Part shown: positions 8,913-18,560 of the stretch, in pieces
Layout: the number at the start of each line of letters is the position of its first letter
Numbering within the stretch: the first letter of the stretch is position 1
NCBI GenBank assembly: GCA_031411295.1
Contig: JANOAV010000139.1
Coordinates: 1-49,717, forward strand
Origin: Verrucomicrobiales bacterium
GTDB taxonomy: Bacteria > Verrucomicrobiota > Verrucomicrobiia > Verrucomicrobiales > V1-33
Direction: 5' to 3'
Length of the DNA stretch: 49,717 bases
Position numbers and translations under genes: made by a program
Notes under the pieces: model-generated
Database searches by the model: none
What the model was told of the DNA's origin: nothing
Seen by the model: the letters and a program-made list of their open reading frames with translations, nothing else

Positions 8913-10109
8913 TCAGTTCAGCACTTTTTTAACAGAATCCTCCGGCCACTTATTCTTCACCATGTAATCCTGTGCGCCCTTCTGGTCGCGTTTCTTCCAA
9001 TCACGGAGCAGATCCACCATCGAGCGATCGCGCATTTTAGGATCAGAGATGGTGCCCGCCCAAGCCAAGGCCGACTCTGGGTCGCTCTCGCGAATGTTCC
9101 AAGCGAAGGTTTGGCGGGGTTCATCGGTCTCTGGAGATGGCTGGTAATTTTTCAACCAGAGACCAGCGGCATTGGGATCTTTGTGCGCCCAATTGTCCAT
9201 CAACTCCGCCATGGCACCACCTCTGGTTTCCCCGGGAGGAAGGGCGGAGATCCAAGTAGCAGCCTGCAGCGGATCCTTCTCTGACAAACGGTCCGCCAAC
9301 CGCCGCGTCACCCCGTCCTTGAAGGGGCCAGCTTCCAGCGCGGAGGCCCACTCGGTGGCGGCAGCGGTGCCGCGTTGTTTGGTAAATCCATCAAGAATTT
9401 TTTCCATCATGTCACCCCGTGCTCTGCTGCGAGGTTGCTCCTGGGCCCACGCTGCGGCCGTGGTGAGGTCGCTTTTCGCCATCGCTCCAATGACGGCCAC
9501 CATATAATAATTGCCGTCGTCCTTGTTCATGTCCTTGCCGTGCTCCAGTGCCCAACTTTTCGCAGCCAGAGGATCGGACTTCGCCCAAGTCTGGAGGGCC
9601 GCTGAAGCGGCGTATTTGCCGGGCCAATCGCTGACTTTACCCGCCGCAGCCAGTGCTGCGAGCGGATCCCGCTTGGCCCATTCATTCATGACTAGGGACA
9701 GTTCGCGCCCTCTGCTCCGAGGATCGAAATTGTCCATCATGGAACTCACGGCAGCCTGATAATCTTCGGGGGTTGTGAGAGAGGGGAGGAGGCTCATGAA
9801 GGCCGCCATTTTCTCCGTCGGGTCATCCAATTCGAACAGCGCTTGCAGACGCTCCGCCACCGCCTTGCTGGTGTCGGCAAAGAAGTTTGTGGAATTGTGG
9901 GCGAGTGCCTCTGTGGACTCCGCAGAAACGTGCCTTCCTGCACCAGTTGCGCTTAAAGTTTTATCGGGAGTTCCCATCAAGACGCTAGCCACACCAGTCG
10001 CCTGATTCGCGGAGGTGCGGAAATCTGAAAAATAGGTGCTACCAACCCAGCCAGCCGCCCCCAGGCTGACGCCCCAGGCAACTCCAGCGAAAATGATTTT
10101 ACGGTTCAT
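8913..10109 (-). CDS. Membrane-anchored helical-repeat protein with about 8 'W...DPxAAxxW' repeats
   Basis: N-terminal TM/signal from ATG 10109 (MNRKIIFAGVAWGVSLGAAGWVG). Repeats about every 31 aa: WAKRDPLAA, WAKSDPLAAKSW, LSEKDPLQAATW, WAHKDPNAAGLW, IRESDPESALAW and others. Confidence 0.8.
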   Translation of the reverse strand: MNRKIIFAGVAWGVSLGAAGWVGSTYFSDFRTSANQATGVASVLMGTPDKTLSATGAGRHVSAESTEALAHNSTNFFADTSKAVAERLQALFELDDPTEKMAAFMSLLPSLTTPEDYQAAVSSMMDNFDPRSRGRELSLVMNEWAKRDPLAALAAAGKVSDWPGKYAASAALQTWAKSDPLAAKSWALEHGKDMNKDDGNYYMVAVIGAMAKSDLTTAAAWAQEQPRSRARGDMMEKILDGFTKQRGTAAATEWASALEAGPFKDGVTRRLADRLSEKDPLQAATWISALPPGETRGGAMAELMDNWAHKDPNAAGLWLKNYQPSPETDEPRQTFAWNIRESDPESALAWAGTISDPKMRDRSMVDLLRDWKKRDQKGAQDYMVKNKWPEDSVKKVLN

Positions 10110-10326
10110 AATACAAAATCTGTCACTCAGTCTAAAAAGCGTCAAGGTTCGATCCTCGATCATTCGCGGAAGCGTTTGCGGCATCTCAAATCGGCCGGGG
10201 AGCGAATCCAAATTAGGCGCAAATTTGGAAAGCTACAATTTTCAAACAAAGACGGGACGGCTTTGCGCTTATCACACGAGCTGTTTCATTCAGCAAATCA
10301 TTCCAACCTTACCCTTCAGCCCAACT

Positions 10327-11412
10327 ATGAAAGCCACTCACCTCATCTTCCATGCCCTTCCCGCAGTATGCCTGCTTAGTTATTGTCCGGTTCTGCAGGC
10401 GGAGCCAGCGACTGGCGTTATCAAAGAGCGTCAGGAAAAAGTTCTGGCCGTCGTTAAAAATTCTGGTGCGGCCGTGGTGAATATCGGCGGCGTGGGCAGC
10501 GGAGTGCTGGTAAGTAAGGACGGCCTGGTGCTGACCGCAGGACACGTGGCGCAAGCCGTGGATGCCAGGCCCTTCCGGGACGATAAGGGCGAATTCAATG
10601 TCACCCTGGCAGACGGTCGCGAAGTGCGTGCCAAGGCTCTGGGACGTAATATGAATCGTGACGCTGCGTTGATCCAGATCACCACCGTTGGAGAATACCC
10701 CATCGCAGAAATGGCCGATGAGAAGAGTATCCACCAGGGCGATTGGTGCGTCGCCATGGGGCACCCCGGTGGCTACATCGTGGACCGCACCGCCCCAGTG
10801 CGCACGGGGCGCCTCTGGCAGAAGGACGAGAAGAAATGTTATCGCACGGATTGCACGGTCAGCGGTGGTGACTCCGGTGGTCCCTTGTTTGACCTGCAAG
10901 GCAAGGTCATCGGCATCCACAGTTCCATTGGTGAGCGCCTCGAAGAAAATCGCCACGTGCCAATCAGTGCCTTCAAAGAAGACATGGATAAGATGAAGGA
11001 AGGTAAAGTGTGGGGTAAGCTGGCGAATCTAATGCCCGAATTGGCTCCCTTCGATAGAGCCCATGGCAATGGTGACGATGAGGACGCAGCCCCGGAATCC
11101 CCAGCTCCGAAAAAGCGCGGTCCCCAATCCGAGCCTAAGCAAGCCCCAACCGGTGCCCGCCCGTTCCTTGGGGTCGTTTTCGACAATACCAACAGCAAGG
11201 CAACCGTTGGTGAGGTGGTGCCTGATTCTCCGGCTGAAGCCGCTGGCCTCCAAGCCAACGATGTCGTCCTCAAAGTAGGCGGCAAAGCAGTTGGCAGCGC
11301 CACTCAGGCGGTCGAGGCGGTAGGTTCACACAAGCCAGGTGAGAAACTGAAGCTATCGATCAATCGCAATAAAGAAGACAAAGAAATCGAAGTCACGCTG
11401 GGGAAACGCTAA
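10327..11412 (+). CDS. Exported trypsin-like serine protease (S1C, HtrA/DegP-like) with a C-terminal PDZ domain
   Basis: Signal peptide from ATG 10327. Intact triad LTAGH / RDAAL / GGDSGGP. PDZ: PFLGV...DSPAEAAGLQANDVV. Confidence 0.9.
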   Translation: MKATHLIFHALPAVCLLSYCPVLQAEPATGVIKERQEKVLAVVKNSGAAVVNIGGVGSGVLVSKDGLVLTAGHVAQAVDARPFRDDKGEFNVTLADGREVRAKALGRNMNRDAALIQITTVGEYPIAEMADEKSIHQGDWCVAMGHPGGYIVDRTAPVRTGRLWQKDEKKCYRTDCTVSGGDSGGPLFDLQGKVIGIHSSIGERLEENRHVPISAFKEDMDKMKEGKVWGKLANLMPELAPFDRAHGNGDDEDAAPESPAPKKRGPQSEPKQAPTGARPFLGVVFDNTNSKATVGEVVPDSPAEAAGLQANDVVLKVGGKAVGSATQAVEAVGSHKPGEKLKLSINRNKEDKEIEVTLGKR

Positions 11413-11460
11413 CCCCGACAAAATCATCAACTCTGTAAAATTCATCCCTTCAATATCGTT

Positions 11461-13221
11461 ATGAAAACCCGTGCTCTTACCCTCTCATTCCTTTCTGCGG
11501 CTGCTGCTTTGGGTGCCCTCGTGGCCCTCCATCCGATCTATGCTCAGGAATCCAGTCAACTCCGCCGGAGCGGCAAAATTGAGTTGTCCGTCGATCCGAC
11601 TCAGGACGGATTCGACATCAAAGAAACCGAACGCAGCATCCGCAACAGCGCCAAAGCGTTGGACCTGGATGCCGCCCAGCAAAAGCAGTTGGAAGATGCC
11701 ATCCAACAATTGCGCGACAACGTCAAGCAGGCCAAAGGCCGCTTCGATTGGAAGTGGGAATACAACTCCGACAAACCCTCGGCCAAAGGTAGCAAAAACA
11801 GCGTTAAAGAAGAACCAGCTCCTGGAAATCGTCCCCGGACCCGTCCGCAAGCCGGTGGTCAGGATACGAGCCCGCGCGATCTCTTCCGCCAATTCTTTGG
11901 TGAGGATGAGGGACAGGGTGGCAACAACCCCCAGGGGTTGGATCCGCGCAAGTTGATGGAAGAAATGCTCAAGCGCATGGGGGGACTCAATGACGGGCCC
12001 AACGGTCAGCAGCAGTTCCGTTTCAAATTAGGCCCGAACGGCCTGGAACCAGATCGTAGCCAAGGCCAGGGGCAACGGCAGGGCCAGGGTCAAGGAGGGG
12101 GCAACCCATTGGAAAGTCTGCGCGGGATGCTCGGAGGCGGCCAGCGAGGACATGAGTATGATCCCAGCACGGCTCCGCATGAAAGCAAATACTCCCGGGC
12201 CACGCTCGCGGAATATCGCAGTTGCATCAAGGACGTGCGTCCCTCCACTGTGGCGATCCTCAAGCAGGAACAGCAAGTGGCGTTGGGGGCGGTCGTAACC
12301 GCTGATGGTTACATTATCACCAAAGCCAGCGAACTTGGCAAAGGTGACCTGGAGTGCGAATTCATGGACGGCAAAGTGGTCCCTGCGAAGTTGGTGACCA
12401 AGTTGGATCAATATGATCTGGCCTTGCTCAAAGTGGAGGTGAAGGACTTGAAGCCCATCAGTTTCAAGACCGACGACATCCCTGTCGGCACCATGTTGGT
12501 GGCAGCAGGGATTGATGAGAATCCCATTTCCGTGGGCGTGTTGTCCGTGCCGGTGCGCAATCTGGATGAAACCCAAAAGGGATTCGTCGGTGTTGGCCTG
12601 CTGGAAAACCCGAAAGGTAAAGGCGTGGGGATTGGTTCCGTCGTGGAAGAAGGGCCGGGCGAAAAGGCCGGTTTGGAGGTCAGTGACGTGGTGCTTTCCA
12701 TTGATGGACAAGAGGTCAATCACCCCCATGAACTGATGCGCTTGATTGCTGCTAAGGGACCAGGCGAAACGGTGAAACTCAAGGTTTCCCCGCAGCAGGG
12801 AGGCGATCCGGTTGATGTTGAAGTCACGCTCAGCAGCCGCGGGGACTACCAACGTCAGCTCACCCAGGGCATCGACCCTACGGCTCAGATGGGCAGCGAT
12901 CTCAGCAATCGGCAGGCCAATTTCCCCAACGCGTTGCAGAACGATTTGGGCATCAACGCTGATCAATGTGGCGGACCTGTAGTGGATATCGACGGCAACG
13001 TCGTCGGCTTGAACATCGCCCGCAGCGGCCGCACCAGCACCTTGATGATCTCCGGCAAGCTCATGAAGGGCTTACTGGCAGAGGCCACCGCTGGGAAGCT
13101 TAGCCTGGTGAAAGATGCCGCGGCCGCCGAAAAAGACCTGAAGCGGGCTGAAGCCGCCTTGAAGGCCGCGCAAGAGGCCCTCAAAGCCGCCCAAGAGGCC
13201 AAGGCGAAGGTGACGCACTAA
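11461..13221 (+). CDS. Exported HtrA-like pseudo-protease with an internal PDZ domain
   Basis: Signal peptide, then a long Q/G-rich N-terminal region. Trypsin-fold segments ITKAS, YDLALLK and DQCGGPVVDIDGNVVGLNIAR have the His and Ser positions replaced. A PDZ (GFVGV..GPGEKAGL..DVV) is inserted before the last segment. Confidence 0.8.
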   Translation: MKTRALTLSFLSAAAALGALVALHPIYAQESSQLRRSGKIELSVDPTQDGFDIKETERSIRNSAKALDLDAAQQKQLEDAIQQLRDNVKQAKGRFDWKWEYNSDKPSAKGSKNSVKEEPAPGNRPRTRPQAGGQDTSPRDLFRQFFGEDEGQGGNNPQGLDPRKLMEEMLKRMGGLNDGPNGQQQFRFKLGPNGLEPDRSQGQGQRQGQGQGGGNPLESLRGMLGGGQRGHEYDPSTAPHESKYSRATLAEYRSCIKDVRPSTVAILKQEQQVALGAVVTADGYIITKASELGKGDLECEFMDGKVVPAKLVTKLDQYDLALLKVEVKDLKPISFKTDDIPVGTMLVAAGIDENPISVGVLSVPVRNLDETQKGFVGVGLLENPKGKGVGIGSVVEEGPGEKAGLEVSDVVLSIDGQEVNHPHELMRLIAAKGPGETVKLKVSPQQGGDPVDVEVTLSSRGDYQRQLTQGIDPTAQMGSDLSNRQANFPNALQNDLGINADQCGGPVVDIDGNVVGLNIARSGRTSTLMISGKLMKGLLAEATAGKLSLVKDAAAAEKDLKRAEAALKAAQEALKAAQEAKAKVTH

Positions 13222-13246
13222 TGCCGTATCCAGCAGCTTAACTTGC

Positions 13247-13285
13247 GAGCCGCCGTTCTCATCCCGAGGACGGCGGCTTCATTTT
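13247..13285 (+). terminator. Rho-independent terminator after the protease pair
   Basis: GAGCCGCCGTTCTC-ATCCC-GAGGACGGCGGCTTC followed by ATTTT, 26 bp after the stop at 13221. Confidence 0.7.
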
Positions 13286-13466
13286 GGCCACTCCGGCAGA
13301 CCTTCCAGCACGGCGGGATGCAGATTTTTGAGAATTTGGAAGCGGTGAGGCGTGACTCGCAGCTTGGCCCGCCTTAAATCAGATTCACGCAGCCCAGTAT
13401 GAAATTCCCCTTGGAGCGCAAGGGTATTTTCCTTAGAACCCTTACGTGTTCCAAATTATTTCCATC

Positions 13467-14942
13467 ATGAAATCCGCTGCCACTAATTCCATTGCTTCAT
13501 TCTCCGCCCTACTATTCACCAGCCTAGCGGCTCATGCGGAGGTTACGGTCAGTTCCCTCTTCAGCGACCACATGGTAATCCAGCGGGAGCAGGCCGCGCC
13601 CGTCTGGGGCCAAGCGGCACCCGGTGAGGAAGTCAGTGTCACCTTGGGAACGGCCCAAGCCAAGGCCACAACTAATGCGGAGGGCAAATGGTCTGTTAAG
13701 TTGCCAGCTCAAAAGGCGAATGCGACCCCACAGGAGTTGGTGATTCAAGGCAAGAATACGGTTGCCATCAAGGATGTGCTGGTCGGTGATGTGTGGGTGT
13801 GCTCTGGTCAGTCTAACATGGAGATGAATCTTGGTGGTTGTAACGCCCCCGACGATATTAAGGCCGCAGATCTGCCGACGTTGCGTCGCATCAAGTTTCA
13901 GCACGTCGCGCTCTTGAAGCCAACCATGCAGGTGCCTGGCAAGTGGGAGACTTGCACGCCAGCCAGCGCTGGCGGTTTTACCGCGGTCGGATTTTATTTC
14001 GCGAAGCGGATCCAGCAGGAGATCGGCGTGCCCATTGGGTTACTGGATGATAACTGGGGCGGTTGTCGCATCGAGCCATGGATCCCAGCGGAAGGCTTTG
14101 CCCTGGAACCCAGCCTGGCACCGCAATTGGCAGAGCTAAAGGCGCGGGACGAGGCCTCGAAGGCCTTGCCAGACAATGCTCCAGGCGATGCTGGGAAGCC
14201 CTCCACCATGTATAATGGAATGCTCCACTGCGTGGTGCCGTTCGCCATCAAAGGAGCCCTGTGGTATCAAGGCGAATCAAATGGGGGAGAAGGCGATGAA
14301 TACGCCAGCAAGATGCGGGCACTGATTGGTGGGTGGCGTAAAATTTGGCAGCAGGGAGATTTCCCCTTCTACTACGTGCAGTTGGCAAACTTCCAGAACG
14401 CCAGCAACGATCCTGCTGGTGGGGATGGCTGGGCGAAGCATCGCATGGCGCAACTGGAGAGCCTCTCGATCCCCAAGACTGGCATGGCTGTGATCATTGA
14501 TGTGGGCGAGGGGCCAGATATCCACCCCAAGAATAAATTCGACGTGGGCGAACGCCTGGCGCGCTGGGCGTTGCATCATGATTATGGCCAAGCAAATCTG
14601 GAAACCAGCGGTCCGCTCTTCAAGGAGGCGACCTTTGATGGCAACAAGGCCATTGTTAGTTTCACGCACACGGGAACCGGACTGATGGTGGGGAAGAAGA
14701 ATGGCCGCCAACCGACAGAGGCCGATCACATCGGCACCCTGAAGCGTTTTGCAATTGCCGGAGACGATAAGAAGTGGGTCTGGGGTCAAGCGGTCATCGA
14801 TGGAGATAAAGTCGTTATCACCAGTCCCGAAGTGCCGCATCCCGTGGCGGTGCGTTACGCCTTTAGTATGAACCCGGAAGGCTGTAATCTCTATAACAAG
14901 GAAGGCCTCCCGGCCTCTCCGTTCCGCTCAGATAAGTGGTAA
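13467..14942 (+). CDS. Secreted sialate O-acetylesterase (SASA/SGNH) family carbohydrate esterase
   Basis: FSDHMVIQR, GDVWVCSGQSNM, WGG..IE.W, WYQGESN, FYYVQLA, DIHPKNK, VRYA, NLYN.EGLPASPFR; signal peptide ending AAHA. The start may be GTG 13446. Confidence 0.9.
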   Translation: MKSAATNSIASFSALLFTSLAAHAEVTVSSLFSDHMVIQREQAAPVWGQAAPGEEVSVTLGTAQAKATTNAEGKWSVKLPAQKANATPQELVIQGKNTVAIKDVLVGDVWVCSGQSNMEMNLGGCNAPDDIKAADLPTLRRIKFQHVALLKPTMQVPGKWETCTPASAGGFTAVGFYFAKRIQQEIGVPIGLLDDNWGGCRIEPWIPAEGFALEPSLAPQLAELKARDEASKALPDNAPGDAGKPSTMYNGMLHCVVPFAIKGALWYQGESNGGEGDEYASKMRALIGGWRKIWQQGDFPFYYVQLANFQNASNDPAGGDGWAKHRMAQLESLSIPKTGMAVIIDVGEGPDIHPKNKFDVGERLARWALHHDYGQANLETSGPLFKEATFDGNKAIVSFTHTGTGLMVGKKNGRQPTEADHIGTLKRFAIAGDDKKWVWGQAVIDGDKVVITSPEVPHPVAVRYAFSMNPEGCNLYNKEGLPASPFRSDKW

Positions 14943-14971
14943 CCCTAAGGCTGGGGCGGCACTGCGACTGG

Positions 14972-16546
14972 TCAGGCTTTGGCTCCTGCCCGATTGGTCA
15001 CATCCCGGGCCACGGCGTAAATATTGCCACTACCTTCGAATTCCGTTTTAGCCACCCACTCCAAGTGGAGGTAATGACCATCGGCATGTAGATAGCGGTT
15101 GGTAAATTGAGTCACGGCAAGCCCTGAGAGCAGCTGGGACATGGCTTCGGCGGTGGAACCCAGGTCATCCGGATGCACAAAGCTGGCGAACGGTCGCGAG
15201 AGCATTTCGTGATCCGTATAGCCCAGCAGGCGGGAGAAATTAGGGTTAATGCGGCGGAAGTATCCATCCATGCCAGCGATACAAAAGAGATCCAGGGAGA
15301 GATCGAAAAAGCGCACCAGATCCCGTTCCGCCCGCCGCAGATCCGTCTCCAGATAACCCGTGATGGCGGCGGCCACGGAGCGGGCATCCCGCGGACGATC
15401 TTCAGGGTTCGGGGCCAGGCAGCGCTTGGCTAGTGCGATGATTTCCCGTTCCGCTCCACAAGCGTCCAGCAGCGTCATCGCAGGCCCCAGATGGCCTAGC
15501 GCGGCTTGCTCAAGTTTGCTGGGGAAATCCTCTGGATAGGGGCCACAGCCGGTCAGGATCCGGCAGAGAATCCCGCCAAGGGAGAACACGTCCGCCCGGG
15601 CATCCACCAGTTCATTCTCACCGCGGGCTTGTTCCGGGGCCAAATATGCCGGTGTGCCCACCACGAGCCCCCACTGGCTGGTATCGCTGTCCGTTGTCGG
15701 AGGCTCCTGCCCAGTGCCGCCATCCGGGCTGCCTGGGGACTTCATTTGTTTGGCCAATCCCCAGTCCATGATTTTGACCATCCCGAAATCTCCCACCACC
15801 ACATTGGACGGATTCAGGTCGCGATGAATGACTCCCTGGGAGTGGGCGAAGGCCATGCCATCACAGGTCTTCTCGAAGATGCGCAGAAACATAATCAACT
15901 GTTCACGAGAGTCCTCCCGCCGGGAGAGTAATCGCGTGAGCGTATTGCCCTCCAGCAGGCGCATCACAAAATACGGCCGCCCGCTGGTGCATTGGCCCAT
16001 TTCATGGACCGAAACAATTGCAGGATGCTCCAAACGTCCATTGATACATGCCTCGTTGTGGAATCTCAGCACCAGGGACTCATCCTCCAGCAGATGCGCA
16101 TGCAGCAATTTAATGGCCACGGAGCGACCAATCTGGGGGTCCCAAGCCTTCACCACCACCCCCATGCCGCCGCGGGCGATCTCCCCAGTCACGGTAAAAC
16201 GGCCAATCTGTTGCGGTAGATCCAACGTGTTAGTCGAATCCGAAAGGGGGCCGTTGGATCCTGACGGGACTGGCGTTGAGGGTTGACGGCAGATCCCGGG
16301 TGGGTGCGGAGACCGCAACCCTCCGGCGCACGCAAAACCACACTCTGTCGTCTCCTCCAATGCCAGCGCAGTCTGCTCCCAACTAAAAATCTCCCCGCTG
16401 ACTCCTACCGGTGGAGTTTCGCATGGAGCAGATGGATGGTTCGAGTTCATAACTTGCCACTGGCAATTGAAGCGTCCCACGAGGTCGCTGACCAAGTCTG
16501 TGGGAACTGGCACTGAATTCGGAAAGTTTATCCGTGGCCGGAACAT
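14972..16546 (-). CDS. Hanks-type Ser/Thr protein kinase with a C-terminal PAS domain
   Basis: IARGGMGVV, VAIK, HRDLNPSN, DWGLAK, GTPAYLAPEQ, DVFSLG. C-terminal PAS: FFDLSLDLFCIA...NP.F..LLGY...FVHPDD...YAVARDVT. Start uncertain. Confidence 0.9.
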   Translation of the reverse strand: MFRPRINFPNSVPVPTDLVSDLVGRFNCQWQVMNSNHPSAPCETPPVGVSGEIFSWEQTALALEETTECGFACAGGLRSPHPPGICRQPSTPVPSGSNGPLSDSTNTLDLPQQIGRFTVTGEIARGGMGVVVKAWDPQIGRSVAIKLLHAHLLEDESLVLRFHNEACINGRLEHPAIVSVHEMGQCTSGRPYFVMRLLEGNTLTRLLSRREDSREQLIMFLRIFEKTCDGMAFAHSQGVIHRDLNPSNVVVGDFGMVKIMDWGLAKQMKSPGSPDGGTGQEPPTTDSDTSQWGLVVGTPAYLAPEQARGENELVDARADVFSLGGILCRILTGCGPYPEDFPSKLEQAALGHLGPAMTLLDACGAEREIIALAKRCLAPNPEDRPRDARSVAAAITGYLETDLRRAERDLVRFFDLSLDLFCIAGMDGYFRRINPNFSRLLGYTDHEMLSRPFASFVHPDDLGSTAEAMSQLLSGLAVTQFTNRYLHADGHYLHLEWVAKTEFEGSGNIYAVARDVTNRAGAKA

Positions 16547-16859
16547 CTCCCCTCACATACTAATTCGGATTCTATTCCAAAACGTTACAATTTAAAGTGA
16601 TTTTCTATTTCCAATCCACCTTTATTTACGGAACTGGAGCTTGTGATTCAGTGAAACCATAAGTTTCGGTATATTTAACAAAAATTCCAGAAAACCGCAC
16701 CTGCATGGTTATAAAGTTGCGAAGTGGCGGCAGTAGGGAATGCTACATCGCGAGATTTTCTCAGCACGCGATGAAACCGAGTAATCAGGCGACTGGTCGT
16801 TGGTTTTATTGAATGCCGATCATTCGCGACGGTTCATTTCCAACTTCCCATTCGGCGCT

Positions 16860-18560
16860 ATGTCAAATTCTACCGCACTACCACTTGAAGTTAGTCTAGT
16901 CGAGCAAGTCAAAACCTGCCGAACCTGCAAATGGTTCTGGAGCGGCACCCCGCCTTACGGCCCCTATCCAGGATTCGACTGGAAAACGGACTTTCCGCCC
17001 GCAGCCATGAAGGATGAAAAGCAACCGTCCCCTGAAGTGAAAACGCCTCCGCGGCGGTGGCTAGAAGGCAAGCTTACCAGAGACACGATTCCCGATCCCG
17101 GGATCATGCATGGCTGCCGCAAAGCGCCCATCATGACGATTGGAATCAACCCGAACTTGACGGCATGGTTTCCCTCCGCCGCCAGCGCTGCGTGGATTTA
17201 CCCGGCCTTTACGGCCGCGGAAAGATACGCCTACTACTATCGGCACTTCACGCTCTATCAGGAAAGCGTGTCTCCAGAATTTGTGCGGGCCAATCTCAAT
17301 CCCCTGGATCGTCAGATTGCTGAGGACGACGGCTATGTGACGATGACCATGCGAGAGAATTCACATAACTATCTCCAGCTCTCCGTGCGTTACCGCGGTC
17401 GCAGCGAAGATACCGTTTACGAGATCGTTTGGAAGCCCGAGGAGCGCTGGGTTTTGGTGCAGAATGTCGGTAACCCTGACAAGCCGGAAACCTGGTTCAA
17501 GCAAGGAGACACCCTGGCTGGCCGATTCGATGCGCTTGCTGGCAGTCCTGCGGAGATCTATGAGAATGCTACCGGCTATTACCAACGCATGGTGCCGGTC
17601 TTGGATCGATTCATGAAACTTACCGGGTTGGAAGCGGCTAATTTGACCATCGGGGAAGATGTCGCCCAACACGACATGGTGGCCTGTGCCTCGCCCGGGT
17701 GGCAGTCAAAATACGATATGCCGATGGACAAAATCGCCTCGAACTGCGTGAGCGAGCACGGATACATGGTCTCGCAATTCGTGCAATCCCAGCCTGCGGT
17801 GGCAATCCTCGTCAGCACCAGTGCGCTGGCGATGTTCCGGAGCGTCTTCGCTCCTTACATGACCCTGGAAGACCCGGACCGTGAAGTGATGCAGCTACTG
17901 GAAGAAACGTGCAAACGTCCAACCTATGTGACCATCGATCTCGGTGAGGTCAAATTCCGCACTCGCTTGATCGTCTCCCCGCACTTCTCCTACGCCGACG
18001 GTTTCCTGCCGGGATCCCGCCTTTCAGAAAACGCCTGGAACGCCTTCAAGGCGGATTATCCCGCGGATGCGAAAAAGCTGGAGGACGGAAAGCGCCTGAC
18101 GCCTGCCCCCAAGCCCGGGGCGGGCCCCTACCTTATCACGCTGCCGCCCAACGATGCCTTGATAGCCCAGCTTAGTGTCAGCGGGCTGACGGTGCTTGAG
18201 GGCTATTTCGTGGATCCATTTCAAGCCATGGCGCAGGCGCTGGCGGATGAGTTCAAAAAGGGGGCCCTGACCTTCGATCCAAAATCAAACCGGCTGGGGC
18301 GCTCGGGCGGAGCTTGCCGCTTCTGTGTTAATGAAAAGTGGAGTTTTCCTGAAGGCTGTGCCTACGGCAAACCAACGGAGCTACCGCCGCCCCCCGGTCA
18401 ACTGGAGGCGGCCGTAGCGCAGATCCTGGCCACCGCCAAGGCCTACGCCAAAAACATCACTCCTCCAAGCGAGCTGCCGCAGCAACTTGGGTTGCTAGGT
18501 GAAATCGCCAGGGCAAATGGTGGGGCCGGTTTTGCTGTCCCATGCTGTCATTTACCCTAG
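16860..18560 (+). CDS. Large Cys-rich protein with uracil-DNA-glycosylase (UDG/MUG) superfamily-like motifs
   Basis: Motif order IMTIGINPN ... HDMVAC ... QSQPAVAILVS ... SPHFS parallels UDG/MUG motifs. N-terminal CRTC and C-terminal CRFC-x9-C. No signal peptide; ATG 16860 preferred over TTG 16800. Confidence 0.55.
   Translation: MSNSTALPLEVSLVEQVKTCRTCKWFWSGTPPYGPYPGFDWKTDFPPAAMKDEKQPSPEVKTPPRRWLEGKLTRDTIPDPGIMHGCRKAPIMTIGINPNLTAWFPSAASAAWIYPAFTAAERYAYYYRHFTLYQESVSPEFVRANLNPLDRQIAEDDGYVTMTMRENSHNYLQLSVRYRGRSEDTVYEIVWKPEERWVLVQNVGNPDKPETWFKQGDTLAGRFDALAGSPAEIYENATGYYQRMVPVLDRFMKLTGLEAANLTIGEDVAQHDMVACASPGWQSKYDMPMDKIASNCVSEHGYMVSQFVQSQPAVAILVSTSALAMFRSVFAPYMTLEDPDREVMQLLEETCKRPTYVTIDLGEVKFRTRLIVSPHFSYADGFLPGSRLSENAWNAFKADYPADAKKLEDGKRLTPAPKPGAGPYLITLPPNDALIAQLSVSGLTVLEGYFVDPFQAMAQALADEFKKGALTFDPKSNRLGRSGGACRFCVNEKWSFPEGCAYGKPTELPPPPGQLEAAVAQILATAKAYAKNITPPSELPQQLGLLGEIARANGGAGFAVPCCHLP

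Noticed and set aside
12058..12100. CAAGGC/CAGGGG-type short repeats encoding QGQGQRQGQGQG
   Set aside because: Degenerate low-complexity coding linker, not a phase-variable or mobile repeat.
12028..12966. Long antisense ORF (312 aa), and similar ones at 34235-35059, 41733-42617, 45827-46600 and 46844-47677
   Set aside because: They lie wholly opposite well-supported genes and have no motifs; this is the expected shadow of GC-rich codon usage.
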